A DNA stretch of 64,000 nt from an uncultured bacterium. Lineage in GTDB: Bacteria > Margulisbacteria > WOR-1 > JAKLHX01. The notes under the pieces were generated by a model that saw only the letters and a program-made list of their open reading frames with translations, had not been told where the DNA came from and did no database searches. The position numbers were made by a program, and so were the translations under genes. Location: NCBI GenBank assembly GCA_964532225.1, contig CAZHHM010000003.1:30005-94004 (forward strand), read 5' to 3'. Positions 61,363-64,000 of the stretch are shown here, in pieces (positions within the stretch are counted from its first letter, which is position 1; each line of letters begins with the position of its first letter).

Positions 61363-61694
61363 TATTTAGCCTCCACGATAAATGTTATATGGCAAGACCT
61401 CTTGAGTATGGAAAATGCCCTGCCACGGGACATTGGCCTGTATCTTTTCATCGGTGTCGAAGGACCGCAATAGCACTCGGAAATTACCAGGCTGTCTTTT
61501 GCCAGCTTGTAATTGTTCGTAGCATTTGCTATTGCGCTCTTCAGTGTTTCATATGCTGCTTTCGCGGCGGAATGCGGGAGGAACTTAAGGATCGTAAGCC
61601 CTTCCAATGCGCTCTTGTCCCTTACCATGTCCAGCACCCTGTTCATCTTTCTGAACGAGACGCGCTGATATTTTGATACTGCTTTTACCTTCAT
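61362..61694 (-). CDS. rplV: 50S ribosomal protein L22
   Basis: S.RK, SA.ANA..N, GP..KR.RP..RGRA..I.KR..HIT. Confidence 0.97.
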   Translation of the reverse strand: MKVKAVSKYQRVSFRKMNRVLDMVRDKSALEGLTILKFLPHSAAKAAYETLKSAIANATNNYKLAKDSLVISECYCGPSTPMKRYRPMSRGRAFSILKRSCHITFIVEAK

Positions 61695-61707
61695 CTGGGT
61701 TTCCTTA

Positions 61708-61992
61708 CTATGTTAATGCCGATGATTTGTCCGTCGGAGAGCTGTGGCCTTTGAACGTCCTTGTTGGGGAAAATTCGCCAAGCTTATGACCGACCATGTT
61801 CTCGGTAATGTACACAGGGATATGCTTTACTCCGTTGTGCACTGCCAGCGTGAACCCTATCATTTCAGGCACGATCGTCGACCTTCTCGACCATGTCTTT
61901 ATGATCTTCTTGTCACCGGTCTTCACGGCTTTCTCGATCTTCTCCATCAGATGATAGTCAACGAACGGACCTTTTCTTAAAGACCTCGACAT
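61708..61992 (-). CDS. rpsS: 30S ribosomal protein S19
   Basis: [31 protein letters not shown]. Confidence 0.98.
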   Translation of the reverse strand: MSRSLRKGPFVDYHLMEKIEKAVKTGDKKIIKTWSRRSTIVPEMIGFTLAVHNGVKHIPVYITENMVGHKLGEFSPTRTFKGHSSPTDKSSALT

Positions 61993-61995
61993 TAA

Positions 61996-62823
61996 TTATT
62001 TCCTCCTGGTAAGTATGAGCCTGTCGGAAGCTTTTCTCGGCTTCCTGGTCTTGAACCCTAATGTAGGCTTGCCCCAAGGCGTAACAGGTCCCGGTCTTCC
62101 GACAGGCGCCCTGCCCTCGCCTCCGCCGTGCGGATGGTCGCATGGGTTCATGGCAATGCCTCTTACTGACGGCCTTATCCCAAGATGTCTCTTTCTTCCG
62201 GCCTTGCCGTAAGAAATATTCTTCGCATCAAGGTTGCCTACTTGCCCTATGGTCGCCCTGCATGTGATCGGTATCAGCCTTTCTTCGCCCGAAGGGAGCT
62301 TTATGGTAGCCATAGAACCCTCTTTTGCGATAAGCACTATGCTGCTGCCCGCCGACCTGGCAAGCTGTCCGCCTTTTCCCGGCGTCATCTCGACATTGTG
62401 CACAGTTGTACCGACCGGTATGTTCTTGAGCATGAGAGAGTTACCCGGCTTGATATCCGCATCTTCTGAAGATATAACGGTATCTCCGGCCTTGAGACCG
62501 AGAGGGGTAAGGATATATCTCTTGTCGCCGTCAGAGTATTTAACCAGAGAGATCCTTGCATTCCTGCACGGATCATACTCAATGCTTGCCACCGTTCCCG
62601 GCATGTCGAGCTTGTCTCTTTTGAAATCGATGATCCTGTACTTGATCTTGTTGCCGCCGCCTTTATGACGAACGGAAACTCTTCCGGAAGAATCCCTGCC
62701 TCCGTGCTTTTTCAGCGTTACCAGAAGCGACTTCTCCGGTTTATTTGTTGTCTTATCCTCGAAAAGGACGTCGATCCTTGTCCTTGTTCCGGGCGTGAAC
62801 GGTCTAAAAGTCTTTAAAGCCAT
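61996..62823 (-). CDS. rplB: 50S ribosomal protein L2
   Basis: [32 protein letters not shown]. Confidence 0.98.
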   Translation of the reverse strand: MALKTFRPFTPGTRTRIDVLFEDKTTNKPEKSLLVTLKKHGGRDSSGRVSVRHKGGGNKIKYRIIDFKRDKLDMPGTVASIEYDPCRNARISLVKYSDGDKRYILTPLGLKAGDTVISSEDADIKPGNSLMLKNIPVGTTVHNVEMTPGKGGQLARSAGSSIVLIAKEGSMATIKLPSGEERLIPITCRATIGQVGNLDAKNISYGKAGRKRHLGIRPSVRGIAMNPCDHPHGGGEGRAPVGRPGPVTPWGKPTLGFKTRKPRKASDRLILTRRK

Positions 62824-62826
62824 CTA

Positions 62827-63117
62827 TCACAACATCCCTTCAATAAGATCTATCTTCTGCCCCGTCTTGATCTTGACATAAGCTTTTTTCCAGTCTGATT
62901 TCGTACCGATCTTTGCGCCTATACGCCTTGACTTACCCTTAACGTTCACCGTATTGACCTCCACCGGCTCAACCTTGAACAGCTGTTTGACGGCCCTTTT
63001 AACATCGATCTTTGTCGCAGCCGGATGTACAGAGAACACATACATGTTCTCTGCCTTCATCAGCGAGGTCTTCTCGGTGATGATCGGCTTTATTATTATC
63101 TGTTCATTAGCCAGCAT
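62827..63117 (-). CDS. rplW: 50S ribosomal protein L23
   Basis: P.ITEK, ATK..VK.AV..LF.V, VNT, WKKAYV. Confidence 0.97.
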   Translation of the reverse strand: MLANEQIIIKPIITEKTSLMKAENMYVFSVHPAATKIDVKRAVKQLFKVEPVEVNTVNVKGKSRRIGAKIGTKSDWKKAYVKIKTGQKIDLIEGML

Positions 63118-63741
63118 TTATCCCTTGAACCTTTCTTCTAAATTGGAAAGAGCGGCCTGGTCAAGGAGAAGCCATTCATACTTCAGTATATCAAAAACCA
63201 AAGCATTTTTGCTGTCCGAAACCTTGACTTTTTCAATATTTGCGGAAGCCCTTTTTATGTTGGTATCAGGCGCCCCGAGAACTACATATGCGTTCTCCTT
63301 TTTTATCTTTCCCATTATCTTTGCCATCTCTGATGTCTTCCCGCTCTTAAGCTCAAGAGAATCTATGACAACCACTTTACCGGAACCGGCCTTTCCGGAC
63401 AGCGCCATCTTAAAAGAAAGCTCTCTGACCTTTTTAGGGAGCTGGAATGAATAGTCCCTCGGTTTTGGACCGAAGACCACTCCGCCTTTTCTCCAGAGAG
63501 GGGACCTTATGGACCCGGCCCTTGCCCTTCCGGTGCCTTTTTGTTTCCACGGTTTTTTACCGCCTCCGCGAACTTCAGCCCTTGTCTTTGTTGAAGCTGT
63601 GCCCTGCCTTTTGCCTGAGAGGTACCAGCGAACCGCGTCGTTAAGCACCGAAGGCTTCACGGCCACAGCGAACAGACTGTCAGAGGCTTTTATCTCGCCG
63701 AGCGATTTCCCGTTCTTATCTATCAGAGGAAGATTTACCAT
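63118..63741 (-). CDS. rplD: 50S ribosomal protein L4
   Basis: RQGTASTKTRAEVRGGGKKPWKQKGTGRARAGS.RSP.W. Confidence 0.98.
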   Translation of the reverse strand: MVNLPLIDKNGKSLGEIKASDSLFAVAVKPSVLNDAVRWYLSGKRQGTASTKTRAEVRGGGKKPWKQKGTGRARAGSIRSPLWRKGGVVFGPKPRDYSFQLPKKVRELSFKMALSGKAGSGKVVVIDSLELKSGKTSEMAKIMGKIKKENAYVVLGAPDTNIKRASANIEKVKVSDSKNALVFDILKYEWLLLDQAALSNLEERFKG

Positions 63742-63742
63742 C

Positions 63743-64000
63743 TCACTTCGCCTTTCTCAATATCAGTAACCCGCCCTCGACGCCGGGGACAGCCCCGCCG
63801 ATAAGGATAAGGTTCTTGTCCGGTATCACCTGTACGACTTTCAGGTTCTTCACCGTGATACGTTCACCGCCCATTCTTCCCGCCATTCTTTTGCCCTTGT
63901 AGACCCTTCCAGGAGTGGTCCCAGCACCTATTGAGCCGGGGATCCTGTGCGATTTTGAACCATGGGACATCGGGCTCCTGCGGAAATGGTGCCTTTTTAC
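63743..64000 (-). CDS. rplC: 50S ribosomal protein L3, 3' part (start beyond the right edge)
   Basis: [37 protein letters not shown]. Confidence 0.97.
   Translation of the reverse strand, partial: VKRHHFRRSPMSHGSKSHRIPGSIGAGTTPGRVYKGKRMAGRMGGERITVKNLKVVQVIPDKNLILIGGAVPGVEGGLLILRKAK

Overview
This is 64 kb of a single bacterial chromosome, mostly core genes. I found no CRISPR array, rRNA, integrase or transposase. Left to right: comEC (partial), comEA, a lytic transglycosylase, purL, pnp, rpsO, ribF, amj, DUF366, queC and purA. Next is a roughly 12.5 kb cell-envelope glycosylation region: an MsbA-like ABC transporter, an LpxB-like protein, three GT4, an epimerase, a SAM methyltransferase, a GT2 fused to an AAC(3)-family acetyltransferase, and three more GT2. 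Then come lgt, lspA, DUF5665, ahcY, ileS, three tandem TMTC-like GT-C/TPR membrane proteins, lon, clpP, tig, tRNA-Gly, a glutaredoxin with a ferredoxin:disulfide reductase, an RluD-like enzyme, an FAD oxidase, a kinase-less sensor, an HTH-less sigma54 activator, serA, a class V aminotransferase and a protein with a T9SS-CTD-like tail. The window ends in the S10-spc-alpha ribosomal cluster (rplC partial to rpsI), which lacks rpmD. Gene content and order are compatible with a non-photosynthetic relative of Cyanobacteria such as Saganbacteria/Margulisbacteria; this is inference only. The most unusual observations are the GT2-AAC(3) fusion (probably starting at ATT) coupled to a methyltransferase, a sensor and a sigma54 activator that each lack their terminal domain, about ten operon-first genes with a -10 box 6-9 nt before the ATG (apparently leaderless mRNAs), heptamer repeat arrays inside purL, the TMTC-like triplet, and an unannotated 28-aa Arg-rich ORF. 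All family assignments come from recognising motifs by eye, not from database searches.
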